Below are positions 1 to 13,226 of a stretch of 64,000 nt of DNA, one piece after another. A model generated the notes under the pieces. That model saw only the letters and a program-made list of their open reading frames with translations, was not told the DNA's origin and did no database searches. Source of the DNA: Macrostomum lignano. Its lineage: Eukaryota. The stretch's first letter is position 1. Each line of letters starts with the position of its first letter. The translations under genes were made by a program, and so were the position numbers. The stretch covers positions 248,001-312,000 of the forward strand of contig NIVC01000662.1 of assembly GCA_002269645.1 (NCBI GenBank), given 5' to 3'.

Positions 1-545
1 ACACTAAGACAGACAGGCAGACACTAAGACACACTAAGACAGACAGGCAGACACTGAGACACACTAAGACAGACAGGCAGACACTAAGACACACTAAGAC
101 AGACAGGCAGACACTAAGACACACTAAGACAGACAGGCAGACACTGAGACACACTAAGACAGACAGGCAGACACTAAGACACACTAAGACAGACAGGCAG
201 ACACTAAGACACACTAAGACAGACAGGCAGACACTAAGACACACTAAGACAGACAGGCAGACACTAAGACACACTAAGACAGACAGGCAGACACTAAGAC
301 ACACTAAGACAGACAGGCAGACACTAAGACACACTAAGACAGACAGACAGACACTAAGACACACTAAGACAGACAGGCAGACAGACAGGCAGACACTAAG
401 ACACACTAAGACAGACAGGCAGACACTAAGACACACTAAGACAGACAGGCAGACAGACAGGCAGACACTAAGACACACTAAGACAGACAGGCAGACAGAC
501 AGGCAGACACTAAGACACACTAAGACAGACAGGCAGACAGACAGA
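1..545. repeat. Minisatellite, ~30-bp unit (acactaagacagacaggcagacactaagac), runs off the window start
   Basis: Direct tandem repetition visible in the sequence. Confidence 0.95.
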
Positions 546-1214
546 CAGGGCCTGTACGAGCGAATGAATTCACAAAAATTTCCAAAATTAGAAGCGAGAA
601 GATAACTGACTCGTTCAGAGTCGTAAATTTAGTCAATTTGCAGCTCAAAACCGGAGTCAAAAAGCCGCTTTGAAAAACCAATTAAGAGTGAGGCAGCAAA
701 GCGAAGCGGATTGGACATTGCGCAGAGTCTGACATACGGGTGCGGACACTACCTTTGAGGTAATGGCCAAGTGGCGACCACCGGTGGTTATGGCGGACTA
801 GCGCAGGGTTACCTGCCCTAAACTGAAACCCGCAAGCTGGACAATAAACAGAAATAATTAATTGCTCAGGCCATAAAGGATTGCACAGGCGGCCAGCAAC
901 CCCCCCCCCCTCCCCAAATGCGTGGATATCATGCATAGCCTGCCCCAGGCTTGAAACAACACAGAAGCACGCGGTGCTGGGAACCCATAAAACTGGGTTT
1001 TTTATCTCCCCTCTCTCTGTCTCTCCCCACTGAGGCGAGGACCCGCCTCTATCGGATACTGAAACACTTGGATCACTGCTATAGATAAACAACTTTGATT
1101 TCAACTACAACTTCAACTTACCTTTAAAATTTCAAATTGAAATCAGCCGCATGTGGCACCACCTTCAGCCATGAGGGTAGACAGATGCCCATTGTGACAT
1201 TCTCACATTCTTTC

Positions 1215-1975
1215 CTATCTAAGCTGTGATTCTCTACCCTAATCTCAGCTGTGATTCTATAGCCTCATCTAAGCTGTGATTCTCTAGCCTCATCTCTGCT
1301 GTGATTCTATACCCTCATCTCTGCTGTGATTCTCTACCCTCATCTCTGCTGTGTTTCTCTACCCTCATCTCACCTGTGATTCTTTACCCTCATCAACCTC
1401 TGATTCTCTACCCTCATCTCACCTGTGATTCTCTACCCTCATCTCAGCTGTGATTCTCTACCCTCATCTCACCTGTGATTCTCTACCCTCATCTCAGCTG
1501 TGATTCTCTACCCTCATCTCACCTGTGATTCTCTACCCTCATCTCAGCTGTGATTCTCTAGTCTCATCTCACCTGTGATTTTCTACCCTCATCTCAGCTG
1601 TGATTCTCTAGTCTCATCTCACCTGTGATTCTCTACCCTCATCTCAGCTGTGATTCTCTAGTCTCATCTCACCTGTGATTTTCTACCCTCATCTCAGCTG
1701 TGATTCTCTAGTCTCATCTCACCTGTGATTCTCTACCCTCATCTCAGCTGTGATTCTCTAGTCTCATCTCAGCTGTGATTCTCTACCCTCATCTCAGCTG
1801 TGATTCTCTACCCTCATCTCACCTGTGATTCTCTACCCTCATCTCACCTGTGATTCTCTACCCTCATCTCTGCTGTGATTCTCTACCCTCATCTCAGCTG
1901 TGATTCTCTACCCTCATCTCACCTGTGATTCTCTACCCTCATCTCACCTGTGATTCTCTACCCTCATCAATCTCT
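1215..1975. repeat. Minisatellite, 25-bp unit (ctgtgattctctaccctcatctcag)
   Basis: Direct tandem repetition. Confidence 0.95.
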
Positions 1976-2769
1976 GATTCTTCACCATACTCTATTTTAC
2001 CTGTACGTATTCCAGCTTCCCTTACCCCAAATCTATCTCACCGTCTACTATTACTTAGCTTACACTCCGCTATCATGATACAAATCTTAGCACACCGCAG
2101 CTCAAAACAAATCTCTACATAGTACATAAATGAACACAAGCGCCAGACCCAATAACACACCACTCGACCCAATTAACTTAGCCAGGGTCAAAACAGGGAC
2201 TCGTCAGAAATCAACGCTCGCATTCGGTACTAATCACCATGGCAACTAATTCAGAGTGGCGTGAGCGGGCTAACAAAAAGCTCCCCTTTTGGCAATAACA
2301 CAAGAAGCCTCCGTGATTGCTCATCAATCTTAGTAACGCACTCAGCTCAGGTGCCGCCTATAGTTCACAATGGAAATATAGAGCTTTCTGATGACACTCT
2401 TCCCTAATTGGGATATTTGCCTCTAATCAAAACCAATCCCAGTCATCGGTCTCTTAGAAGGGTGTCAAAATTGACAGGCCATTTCATACAGCTAGGCAAT
2501 GATTTTCTGTAAACAAAGGACAATTTGATTGAATTAGCTGCCTTGCACTGCCCCATTGTTATCCCATTGGAATACTGGATATTTTATTGGCTTATTGTAT
2601 TGAAAATGCACCGATATTTGGTAGGTTAAGTTGAAATTATACTACTTAAGATAAGCGTGTGCTACTACTGACGAGAAGAATATTAAAGCTAAAGAGCTGA
2701 ACAGAAAATATAAAATAACAAATCTAATTGCACTTAAGATGCGCCTGGAGTCTCAGACCTACACACAGA

Positions 2770-3244
2770 GGGGAGGCTTCACAAGCGCTAATTTTCATAA
2801 GCGCTAACTCACCTACTTTCACAAACTTTACAAGCGCTAAACTTTACAAGCGCTAAACTTTACAAGCGCTAAACTTCATAACCGCTAACTCACTTACTTT
2901 CACAAGCGCTAAACTTCAAAAGCGCTAAACTTCATAATAGCGAAACCACCTACTTTCACAAGCGCTAAACTTCACATTAGCTACGAATTTGTCACCTACT
3001 TTCACAAGCGCTAAACTTCACATTAGCTAAACTTTACAATCCCCAAAACACGAATGTTGGCTTCTTTTACAAGCGCTAAAATGTTAATATACTATATATA
3101 CTAATATACTATACTAATACACTAATATACTATTTTAGCGCTTGTGAAAGTAGGCGGCAAATTTTTAGCTATTATGAAGTTAAGCGCTTGTGAAAGTCAA
3201 TGTCGTTAGCGGTTATGAAAATTAGCGCTTGTGAAAGCGACCCC
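2770..3244. mobile_element. MITE/foldback-like non-autonomous element
   Basis: Imperfect terminal inverted repeats: ggggaggcttcacaagcgctaattttcataagcgctaac at 2770 versus gttagcggttatgaaaattagcgcttgtgaaagcgacccc ending at 3244. Internal repeats of acaagcgctaaactt. It splits one ctggagtctcagac unit (~2745-2769) from the array at 3245. No clean TSD. Confidence 0.65.
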
Positions 3245-3700
3245 ACACATACACACCTGGAGTCTCAGACATACCCACAGACACACCTGGAGTCTCAGAC
3301 ATACTCACAGACACACCTGGAGTCTCAGACATCCTCACAGACACACCTGGAGTCTCAGACATCCTCACAGACACACCTGGAGTCTCAGACATACCCACAG
3401 ACACACTCAGAGCTACTCACAGACACACCTGAAGTCTCAGAGCTACTCACAGACACACCTGAAGTCTCAGAGCTACTCACAGACACACCTTAAGTCTCAG
3501 AGCTACTCACAGACACACCTTAAGTCTCAGAGCTACTCACAGACACACCTGAAGTCTCAGAGCTACTCACAGACACACCTTAAGTCTCAGAGCTACTCAC
3601 AGACACACCTGAAGTCTCAGAGCTACTCACAGACACACCTGAAGTCTCAGAGCTACTCACAGACGCACTGGGAGTCTCAGAGCTACTCACAGGAACAACG
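3245..3700. repeat. Minisatellite, 30-bp unit (ctggagtctcagacatacccacagacacac / ctcagagctactcacagacacacctgaagt), in GALT intron
   Basis: Tandem repetition; explains ORFs 3200-3493, 3222-3404 and 3231-3758. Confidence 0.93.
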
Positions 3701-3771
3701 GCTTCCAAATTCCACACCAGGTGTGTCTCAGGTCCCCACAGCCTCAAACCAGGTGTGACTCAGCCACCAAC

Positions 3772-4269
3772 CTGCACCCAGTCGTAGTCCGCCGCCAGCT
3801 CGGTCAAGGCCGCCATCCAGGCCCTGATAACCTGTTCAGTATCGGCTTTAGGCAGCCTGGCCAGGGTGACGTCACTGCGCGGATGATAGCACATCACCTG
3901 GCAGCGGCCGCGCGCCTGCGACATGCGAAACAAACCGCCGCCGCAGTCACTGTCAGCGTCGGCTCCATCAGCGGAGGGCAGCAGAGGCGGCGGAGGCGCC
4001 GGTGTGTCCGGCATGAGCGCGGGGAAATCGTTATCGAACAGGTAGGTGCCGGTGTAGTTGGGATTAACGGCGCCACTGGAACGAGTGGCACCCGGGCACA
4101 GCGGATTAGCATGCAAACTGGCCGAAGACTCGGACGGGCCGGCTTCGCGTCGTTCGGTCTGGCCTTGCCAGGGCCGCTTGGCCCGGTGCGGCGACACCAG
4201 CACCCAGTCGCCTGTCAGCGGGTTGAACCGCCTGTGCGGATGGTCCTCCGGCTTGAATTGCGGATGCAT
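3772..4269 (-). CDS. GALT: Galactose-1-phosphate uridylyltransferase, first coding exon; remaining exons not found in the window
   Basis: Hallmark motifs HRRFNPLTGDWVLVSPHRAKRPWQGQ, NPLCPG, TYLFDNDFPAL, RGRCQVMCYHP and DYDWVQ. GT donor at 3771-3770 follows WVQ. The expected next segment (IFENKG...HPH) was not seen in 1-3770. Confidence 0.95.
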
Positions 4270-4344
4270 GAATTGATTGGCAGCGTTGATATGCAGTGTT
4301 CAGTGTCTTGGTCCCAGGGCAGTCTTCATCAGAGTCCCAGTCCA

Positions 4345-6182
4345 TTAGAATCCCAGTTCAGGCTAGATTGCAATCCGTTAACCCGCCATTAGAATCCAAG
4401 TTAAGCCATTAATTAGAATTCCGCACCAGCCTCCTTTAGAATCCCACTTCAGCCTCCAAAAGAATCCCATTCAGCACCCATTAGAATTCCACACCAGCCT
4501 CCGTTAGAATCCCACTTCAGCCTCCAAAAGAATCCCATTCAGCACCCAATAGAATTCCGCACCAGCCTCCTTTAGAATCCCACTTCAGCCTCCAAAAGAA
4601 TCCCATTCAGCACCCATTAGAATTCCACACCAGCCTCGATTAGAATTCCACACCAGCCTCCACAAGAATCCCATTCAGCTCCTATTAGAATCCCACTTCA
4701 GCCTCCAAAAGAATCCCATTCAGCACCCAATAGAATTCCGCACCAGCCTCCTTTAGAATCCCACTTCAGCCTCCAAAAGAATCCCATTCAGCACCCATTA
4801 GAATTCCACACCAGCCTCGATTAGAATTCCACACCAGCCTCCACAAGAATCCCATTCAGCTCCTATTAGAATCCCACACCAGCCTCCAAAAGAATCCCAT
4901 TCAGCACCCATTAGAATTCCACACCAGCCTCGATTAGAATTCCACACCAGCCTCCACAAGAATCCCATTCAGCTCCTATTAGAATCCCACACCAGCCTCC
5001 ACAAGAATCCCATTCAGCACCTATTAGAATTCCACACCAGCCTCGATTAGAATTCCACACCAGCCTCCACAAGAATCCCATTCAGCTCCTATTAGAATCC
5101 CACACCAGCCTCCACAAGAATCCCATTCAGCACCTATTAGAATTCCACACCAGCCTCGATTAGAATTCCACACCAGCCTCCACAAGAATCCCATTCAGCT
5201 CCTATTAGAATCCCACACCAGCCTCCACAAGAATCCCATTCAGCACCCATTAGAATTCCACACCAGCCTCGATTAGAATTCCACACCAGCCTCGATTAGA
5301 ATTCCACACCAGCCTCGATTAGAACTCCACACCAGCCTCGATTAGAATTCCACACCAGCCTTGATTAGAATTCCACACCAGCCTTGATTAGAATTCCACA
5401 CCAGCCTTGATTAGAATTCCACACCAGCCTCGATTAGAATTCCACACCAGCCTTGATTAGAATTCCACACCAGCCTCGATTAGAATTCCACACCAGCCTT
5501 GATTAGAATTCCACACCAGCCTCGATTAGAATTCCACACCAGCCTTGATTAGAATTCCACACCAGCCTCGATTAGAATTCCACACCAGCCTCGATTAGAA
5601 TTCCACCTCAGCCTCCAAAAGTATCCCATTCAGCACCTATTGGAATCCACCTCAGCCTCCAAAAGTATCCCATTCAGCACCTATTGGAATCCACCTCAGC
5701 CTCCAAAAGTATCCCATTCAGCACCTATTGGAATCCACCTCAGCCTCCAAAAGAATCCCATTCAGCTCCTATTGGAATCCACCTCAGCCTCCAAAAGTAT
5801 CCCATTCAGCACCTATTGGAATCCACCTCAGCCTCCAAAAGAATCCCATTCAGCTCCTATTGGAATCCACCTCAGCCTCCAAAAGAATCCCATTCAGCTC
5901 CTATTGGAATCCACCTCAGCCTCCAAAAGAATCCCATTCAGCTCCTATTGGAATCCACCTCAGCCTCCAAAAGAATCCCATTCAGCACCTATTGGAATCC
6001 ACCTCAGCCTCCAAAAGTATCCCATTCAGCTCCTATTGGAATCCACCTCAGCCTCCAAAAGAATCCCATTCAGCTCCTATTGGAATCCACCTCAGCCTCC
6101 AAAAGAATCCCATTTAGCACCTATTGGAATCCACCTCAGCCTCCAAAAGTATCCCATTCAGCACCTATTGGAATCCACCTCA
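4345..6182. repeat. Compound minisatellite built on a 22-bp unit (attagaattccacaccagcctc) with 44-bp and larger higher-order units
   Basis: Tandem repetition; explains ORFs 5640-6268. Confidence 0.95.
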
Positions 6183-7509
6183 ACCCAGTCCGTGGTTCGA
6201 TTTCGAGCGCAACCGCATTAGTTATCAATTCACGCTGGAAGATGGATTTAAAAGGCTACGAGATCTAGGCTAAGGACAGACAATCCCCGAGAAACAGAGC
6301 AAGAAAATTACCAAATGACAGGTTCTAAAATAGCTAGAAAATAAGCTCGTAACACAAAGCATGCAGTTTCGGAATTGAATAAAAACACAATCAAATCAAT
6401 GACAAAAGATCGAGGCCCGCATTTATTTTTTGAATCTAAAATTGTACTTCCTGTCTACAACAAAAGAAAGGCTGAGAAATGAGTTGCAATAAAATACAAA
6501 CCATGGGCACAGAGGGGGTGGGAAAAATCACTTCTTACAGATCAATGGAAGCTAGCCTAATGCTGAATGCTCTCGGGCGGATAGGTGAATTTCTTCTACA
6601 AGAAGAGAAGAACCACGCAGATTGAAAACTAATATACAAATTTTAAAAAATAAATACGTTTTAATTTAAACGGATCTGCACCGAATATTATATACTACTA
6701 CTACTATACTACTACTACTTAGTAGCGGGCTAATCAAAAAACACAATATGTTAGCGCAATTTTCTCTTTATAATTATAAAAAACTACGCAATACAAATTA
6801 CCCGTAAAGAAAGTTAAGCCAAATAGTAGTATGTAATTTGATAATGAGTTATGAGTTTTAATAAATGATGACTAATTTTATTGCTTATTAAAAGTACACA
6901 ACACTCGTACTCTTTGGGTTTCTAGACACTAAATCGATCGATAAAAAATTCTGTGTAATGAAAAGGCCACACACACTTATAGGACACAGTGCTATGCATA
7001 AGCATTACCTACTAGTATAAAGAGATATATCAACATTTGTTACTAGCAGTAGCATGATAAGTAGCAGATGTTTTGGCCTACAACTCATCACTAATTGGCA
7101 AGCATTCTCGGAAAAATCTGTGTCAAAACCGATGCTCACTCACAACTAAATAGCATATTTTTTTAAAAATAAATGAAATATGGGCGATAACTGCTACTGC
7201 AAATGAGTAGGATGATAAGCTTCTGTAGTATTTTATCACATGAAGGCGAATCTGATAGTTAATATTTTATTTATAAAGCCACAGTAAAACCAGTGGATTA
7301 TAACAAGTTTCATACTTGTGATGGATTATTAACGTCAGTGGAATAGGATCATTCCAAGGTAACTACTTCATGTAGTATGTCTACTAACACAATAGACAGC
7401 TCTGTATTATTCGATAAATAAATATTTGCAACGCATTCTTGCCTATATATTCAATGGGATATTTTCAATGCCTGTCTATAAGATGGGATAAATAATGATA
7501 AAGTACAAC

Positions 7510-7985
7510 TGAAGATCTGGGAGGCTGGCCCAGTAACTGAGGATCTGGGAGGCTGGCCCAGCAACTGAGGATCTGGGAGGTTGGCCCTAGCAACTGAGGA
7601 TCTGGGAGGCTGGCCCAGCAGCTGAGGATCTGGGTAGCTGGCCCAGCAACTGAAAATCTGGGAGGCTGGCCTAGCAACTGAGGATCTGGGAGGTTGGCCC
7701 TAGCAACTGAGGATCTGGGAGGCTGGCCCAGAAGCTGAGGATCTGGGTAGCTGGCCCAGCAACTGAAAATCTGGGAGGTTGGCCCTAGCAATTGAGGATC
7801 TGGGAGGTTGGCCCTAGCAACTGAGGATCTGGAAGTCTGGCCCTAGCAACTGAGGATCTGGAAGGCTGGCCGTAGCAACAGGATCTGGGAGGCTGGCCCT
7901 AGCAACTGAGGATCTGGGAGGCTGGCCCTAGCAACTGAGGATCTGGGAGGCTGGCCCTAGCAACTGAGGATCTGGGAGGCTGGAG
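7510..7985. repeat. Minisatellite, ~29-bp unit (aactgaggatctgggaggttggccctagc)
   Basis: Tandem repetition. Confidence 0.93.
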
Positions 7986-8152
7986 TAATTAAGTGAGCAA
8001 AGTTAGTGAGTAGACTGTTGTACAACACTCAACAAAACAGACATTCCACAAACAGACATAACACAACAAAACAGACAAGCCAATAACGGGATCAGTTTAG
8101 TGAGCAGTTCAAGCAAGCCAGGCTAGCAGAGGCAGCACGAAGCCAATGGTGC

Positions 8153-9688
8153 TCACTTGCCGCCTTGCTGGTCGCTAAACATTGGCGTTCTTCTCAGCAG
8201 CCACTGCACCAGATCGAATGTTGCAAACGCGATGCCGTTAGCGATTGGCCCTTTGACGAAGTTCATTGACAAGCCTTTGTATAAGCCGTGCACAATGCCC
8301 TCGTGCTGGTAGGTGAGCCGCAGGCAGTGCCAGATGCCTTTGGTATACTCAGGATGGCCAGTCACCTGTTAATAGAAGGTATTATAATGCTAGAATAAGT
8401 CGCGAAGACCACACTTGTGAATTCAGTTAAATGAGCTTAGCTGATTGAATCCATACAGCGGGTAAGTGGGTGGATCCATACAGCGGGTAAGGGGGTGGAT
8501 CCATACAGCGGGTAAGGGGGCGGATCCATACAGCGGGTGAGGGGGCGGATCCATGTAGTGGGAAAGGGGGCGGATCCATGCAGCGGATAAGGGGGCGGAT
8601 CCATGCAGCGGATAAGGGGGTGGATCCATACAGCGGGTAAGGGGGTGGATCCATACAGCGGGTAAGGGGGCGCATCCATACAGCGGGTGAGGGGGCGGAT
8701 CCATGTAGTGCCTGAAGGGCGTTAATTGAACGAGCTACGGCCCCACTGGAGTGGTGGATGGTGGTCAATTGCTGTGCGCGTCAGTAAAGAGCGGATCAGG
8801 GGGGGGGTGAAGTGTAGCAGACAAATCGCAGACAGAAATTCTCGCCTCCCCGATGCCCACCTGAGCGGTCTGCATCCGCCGCCGGACAATGTCCAACGGG
8901 TAGCTGCTAGTCTGGCCGAACAGGCCGGCCACTCCGCCGAACACGAACCTGGGCAGGGTGCCGGGGTCCTGTCCGGTCTGCCGTCTGTACCGCCGTTTCA
9001 AAGTCTCGTAGGTGTAAAACGAGGTGCCAGCGTAGGGCAGGGAGCCGGCTAAGGCCGGTGAGAAGCCGCGATAGAGCGCCAAAGCGCCCTCCTGGCGCCA
9101 GATGCAGCGCAGAGCGTGGCCCAGATTCCTATAAGTATTAGACTTGGTGACCGCCATGCGAGCCCTGGCCATGTCCAGCGGGTAGGTGCAGGTGACGGAG
9201 GTCACACCGGCCAGGCTACCGGACACGAACCGGCGCCAGTGGGCGGACTCAAATCGACCACCGTCGACGTGGAGCAGCCGTTTATACTGCTCGTGAGAGG
9301 CGAACTGAACAGACGAATAGGGCACAATCCTGGCCAGGGTGGCTGTGTTGCCGCGCCACAATCTCAGCAGGCCTTCGCTTCTGTACGAGTCGCGCAGGAA
9401 GGCCAGACAGGCGCGCAAATTAAACCGGGTCTCGTGCGTCTGGAACCAGATCTTTGTCCGGTCTAGCGGCGCTATGGTGGTCTTGGCCGTGGCCCCGGCC
9501 ACCGCGCCGGCCAGGAAGGAGGAAGTGAAAGCGCGAGAATGACTCAGGCCGCTAGATGTACCGGCCGATGACGAGGAGGCTGGGGCGGGCGGATTGCTGG
9601 TGTCGGCGCCGGTCAGTGCGACGGCGCTAGCAGCGGGAGCGCCGCCGCCGGCTGCTGACGGGCCGGAAAAGGCCACAGACTCTGTCAT
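8153..9688 (-). CDS. SLC25A42: Mitochondrial carrier family protein, SLC25A42-like CoA transporter; exons 9688-8861 and 8365-8153
   Basis: Three carrier repeats with PxD/ExxK/R signatures ([25 protein letters not shown]) and C-terminal [18 protein letters not shown] donor at 8860 and AG acceptor at 8366 give an in-frame join MQTAQ|VTGHPEY. Orthologue assignment is from remembered similarity only. Confidence 0.88.
8447..8710. repeat. Intronic minisatellite, 25-bp unit (ggatccatacagcgggtaagggggt)
   Basis: Tandem repetition inside the SLC25A42 intron. Confidence 0.92.
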
Positions 9689-9819
9689 GTGACCGGAAGT
9701 AGCTTTAGCATACGAGCGCGGAACTTATTCGCTGTGGATTAATAATACGAAAAAGAATTAGTTCATGCACTACCGATATGTATCGATTAAATAAAAACGA
9801 GTTTGACATATAGGTGGGG

Positions 9820-10230
9820 TGGATCAGTAAAGAGCGGATAATAGGGGCGGATCAGTAAAGAGTGGATAATAGGGGCGGATCAGTAAAGAGTGGATAATAG
9901 GGGCGGATCAGTAAAGAGTGGATAATAGGGGCGGATCAGTAAAGAGTGGATAATAGGGGCGGATCAGTAAAGAGTGGATAATAGGGGCGGATCAGTTAAG
10001 AGTGGATAATAGGGGCGGATCAGTAAAGAGCGATGTTGGGGCGGATCAGTAAAGAGCGATGTTGGGGCGGATCAGTAAAGAGCGATGTTGGGGCGGATCA
10101 GTAAAGAGCGATGTTGGGGCGGATCAGTAAAGAGCGATGTTGGGGCGGATCAGTAAAGAGCGATGTTGGGGCGGATCAGTAAAGAGCGATGTTGGGGCGG
10201 ATCAGTAAACAGCGGATGATAGGGGCGGAT
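9820..10230. repeat. Minisatellite, 26-28-bp unit (ggatcagtaaagagtggataataggggc)
   Basis: Tandem repetition upstream of SLC25A42. Confidence 0.92.
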
Positions 10231-11621
10231 AAGAGCTGATGATGAAAGACACTAGAGACAGAAGTTAAGATGGATGGGTCAGACATTAAGAAGTCGGCGG
10301 AATGCTCACTGTTACAGAAAAATCAACTAAAAATGCTCAGAATAAAGGCACGACAATCTTCACTAATAGAACAGAAAGGCAGTGATAAATAGGAAGGTAG
10401 AAAAGCTAAAGCTCCTCCACTCGCTCCTCCCGTCCTACATCTTTTGAGTAGCTAAATTTAGCCAACCGACTGCGTCAGCATCAAGCTGCTCAAGGGAGGA
10501 TTAAAGCGTGCAACACTGTCTAGTGCTCACTGACTGTATCAGCTGGCCTATTTCACCGCTACAAATCTAAAAGCCATCTACACATACGAATGCAATGCTT
10601 CCTGACTGACTGTTTACTAAAACACAAGAGTGCACAACGATTAATGGAAAGATATTTATAATATTTTAGATTTATTAGAATACTTACAAGCGTACTAATA
10701 ATAGGTTTGCGGTATTGCTACAGGTAAAGCAGCTTACTATAGTGTCATATAAATGAAAGCAGAAGACTGCACAGCTTGCGCTTTTGATTCAATTGGTCAA
10801 TAGATATACACAATATTAACAGGTAAGCAGGCGGTGACACGGACACAAAGATTTCATATATTACAAGTACAAAACTACAAAGTACAAATTGACAAATATA
10901 GGCAGACGCCAGGTCAAGCGGAGGAGCCAACAAATACCTGTATATCCAGCAGACAGGCTAACCGGAATGGGCAATTTGAAATTCCCCAAAAATTCAATCA
11001 TCTCTAGACTAAATCCTACATAATCTACATTTGCTGCCTATGCATTCAACATACTGAATATAAACCCAGCTTCTTTATCTCTAAAAGTATCTCAGCTTGC
11101 TAGTCCTTATACAATCCTAATTATAAGGGAGCCGAGGCATAAAGCAGACAATTATATTTATAACAAGGGAATGTTTAAGGAACTTGACTTAGTCAAACTA
11201 AAACGAGGACAACTAAAAAACGCTGCAGCATTCAAGACTGAGGATAAATGGACAAAATTAATATCACCATTGTTATTATTATTATTATCATAATTATTAT
11301 CATATTCCGAGTACAGTAAACTCAGACACACTGGTTTCTTTAAAGAAAGGAAAGCTATAGCCATATGAAAATACTACTTTGAATTGCTTAGGAACAGGTC
11401 GCATACTACGTAAGCTATACACTGACTATAATTAAATTACGCATATTAACAAATATATGAGTTCATATACTAATTAGCAAAAGCGCAAATAATACATACA
11501 GTACACGGGCCAGCTTACATATAATCCTTAGCATTATTTGCAGCATCAATAAGCAAAATAAGCCTTTCAAAGCATTTCTGTTAAAAATAATTAACACTTT
11601 TTCGCAAGTTGATGCTCTGTG

Positions 11622-12330
11622 AATTAGGGTGAGATTAGAGACCCATTGTCTGTGACATTAGGGATGAGATTAGAGACCCATTTTCTGTGACATTAGGGAT
11701 GAGATTAGAGACCCATTGTCTGTGACATTAGGGGTGAGATTAGAGACCCATTGTCTGTGACATTAGGGATGAGATTAGAGACCCATTTTCTGTGACATTA
11801 GGGATGAGATTAGAGACCCATTTTCTGTGACATTAGGGATGAGATTAGAGACCTATTGTCTGTGACATTAGGGGTGAGATTAGAGACCCATTTTCTGTGA
11901 CATTAGGGATGAGATTAGAGACCCATTTTCTGTGACATTAGGGATGAGATTAGAGACCCATTGTCTGTGACATTAGGGGTGAGATTAGAGACCCATTTTC
12001 TGTGGCATTAGGGGTGAGACTAGAGACCCATTTTGTGACACCAGGGGTGAGATTAGAGACCCATTTTCTGTGGCATTAGGGGTGAGATTAGAGACCCATT
12101 TTCTGTGGCATTAGGGGTGAGACTAGAGACCCATTTTGTGACACCAGGGGTGAGATTAGAGACCCATTTTCTGTGGCATTAGGGGTGAGATTAGAGACCC
12201 ATTTTCTGTGACATTAGGGGTGAGACTAGAGACCCATTTTCTGTGAAATTAGGGGTGAGATTAGAGACCCATTTTCTGTGACATTAGGGGAGATAAGAGA
12301 CCGATTTTGTGACACCAGAAATAAGATTAG
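11622..12330. repeat. Minisatellite, 35-bp unit (gagattagagacccattttctgtgacattagggat)
   Basis: Tandem repetition. Confidence 0.92.
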
Positions 12331-13226
12331 AGACGAATATTCTGCGATCTTAAGATGATATTAAATGACGGTACCCAACACGGTAAAAGATTGGTTTTTT
12401 AAAGCTAAAAAAGTAGCTCTATTCGAATCTTCATAATGTTAAATGATCAAACGAGGAAAAGAAAGAGCAGGGCACCCGCCTAAGCATGCCTAAATATCTA
12501 GTAGAACAATGTACAGATTATCTTGTTCCCTCGCCATATACTAACTCTCTCTCACCGTCTAATCCCTAAAGTGGTTTATAAACAATGCATCAAGTGCCAG
12601 TATTACTGTACAAACAAGTTTACAAGACAGGGATATGAAAAGTTTATTCCAATACAACATAGGAAAATAGTTACTAACCAAGAATGATAGAAAAAAGATT
12701 CTTGAAAAAAAAATTTGTTTAAATCTTTTCAGCTGTCAGAAGCAAAAATTCAAATTGGAGTACAATTAATGAACAGTGTTAGGCCTGGGAAGGTGCTGGC
12801 TGGACTCAAATTGGAAAACCTGCACGGGCACGCAAAAGTGAGTGGAAATAGAGAAAGAAAAGGAGACAGGGCAGATCCAGCAAGCAGGTAAACAGCATAG
12901 ATAACAGGGCGCACTCAGATAATAAAAGTATGTGCTGACTAGGGCTTGAATTTATTTAGCCAACACAGGCTTTTATTTGGCTTTGGTAAAGCTCCTCAAG
13001 TCTTTAGCGACTAGCTATTCTCGGTCAGGTCAGGGGTATACAGTGTCATAATCTTCACCTTTAAAGTATGTCTTATTATATTTTCTAAGGACCCAATATA
13101 CCACACCCGCGGTCACCATCATCGAACCGTTGTACACCCTGTGTGAGCGTCTGGTGAACAGGCCAATAGAGAATATCGTTGGGAAGGGGGTTCAGTTAAA
13201 CGCTCTTCAAGACTTAAGTGAGATTC

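Noticed and set aside
682-1104. 140-aa ORF, checked as a possible downstream GALT exon
   Set aside because: No GALT motifs (IFENKG, HPH) and no recognisable similarity.
4106-4345. Out-of-frame upstream ORF overlapping the GALT start
   Set aside because: Its ATG lies at the edge of the minisatellite and the TSS is unknown, so there is no evidence it is transcribed.
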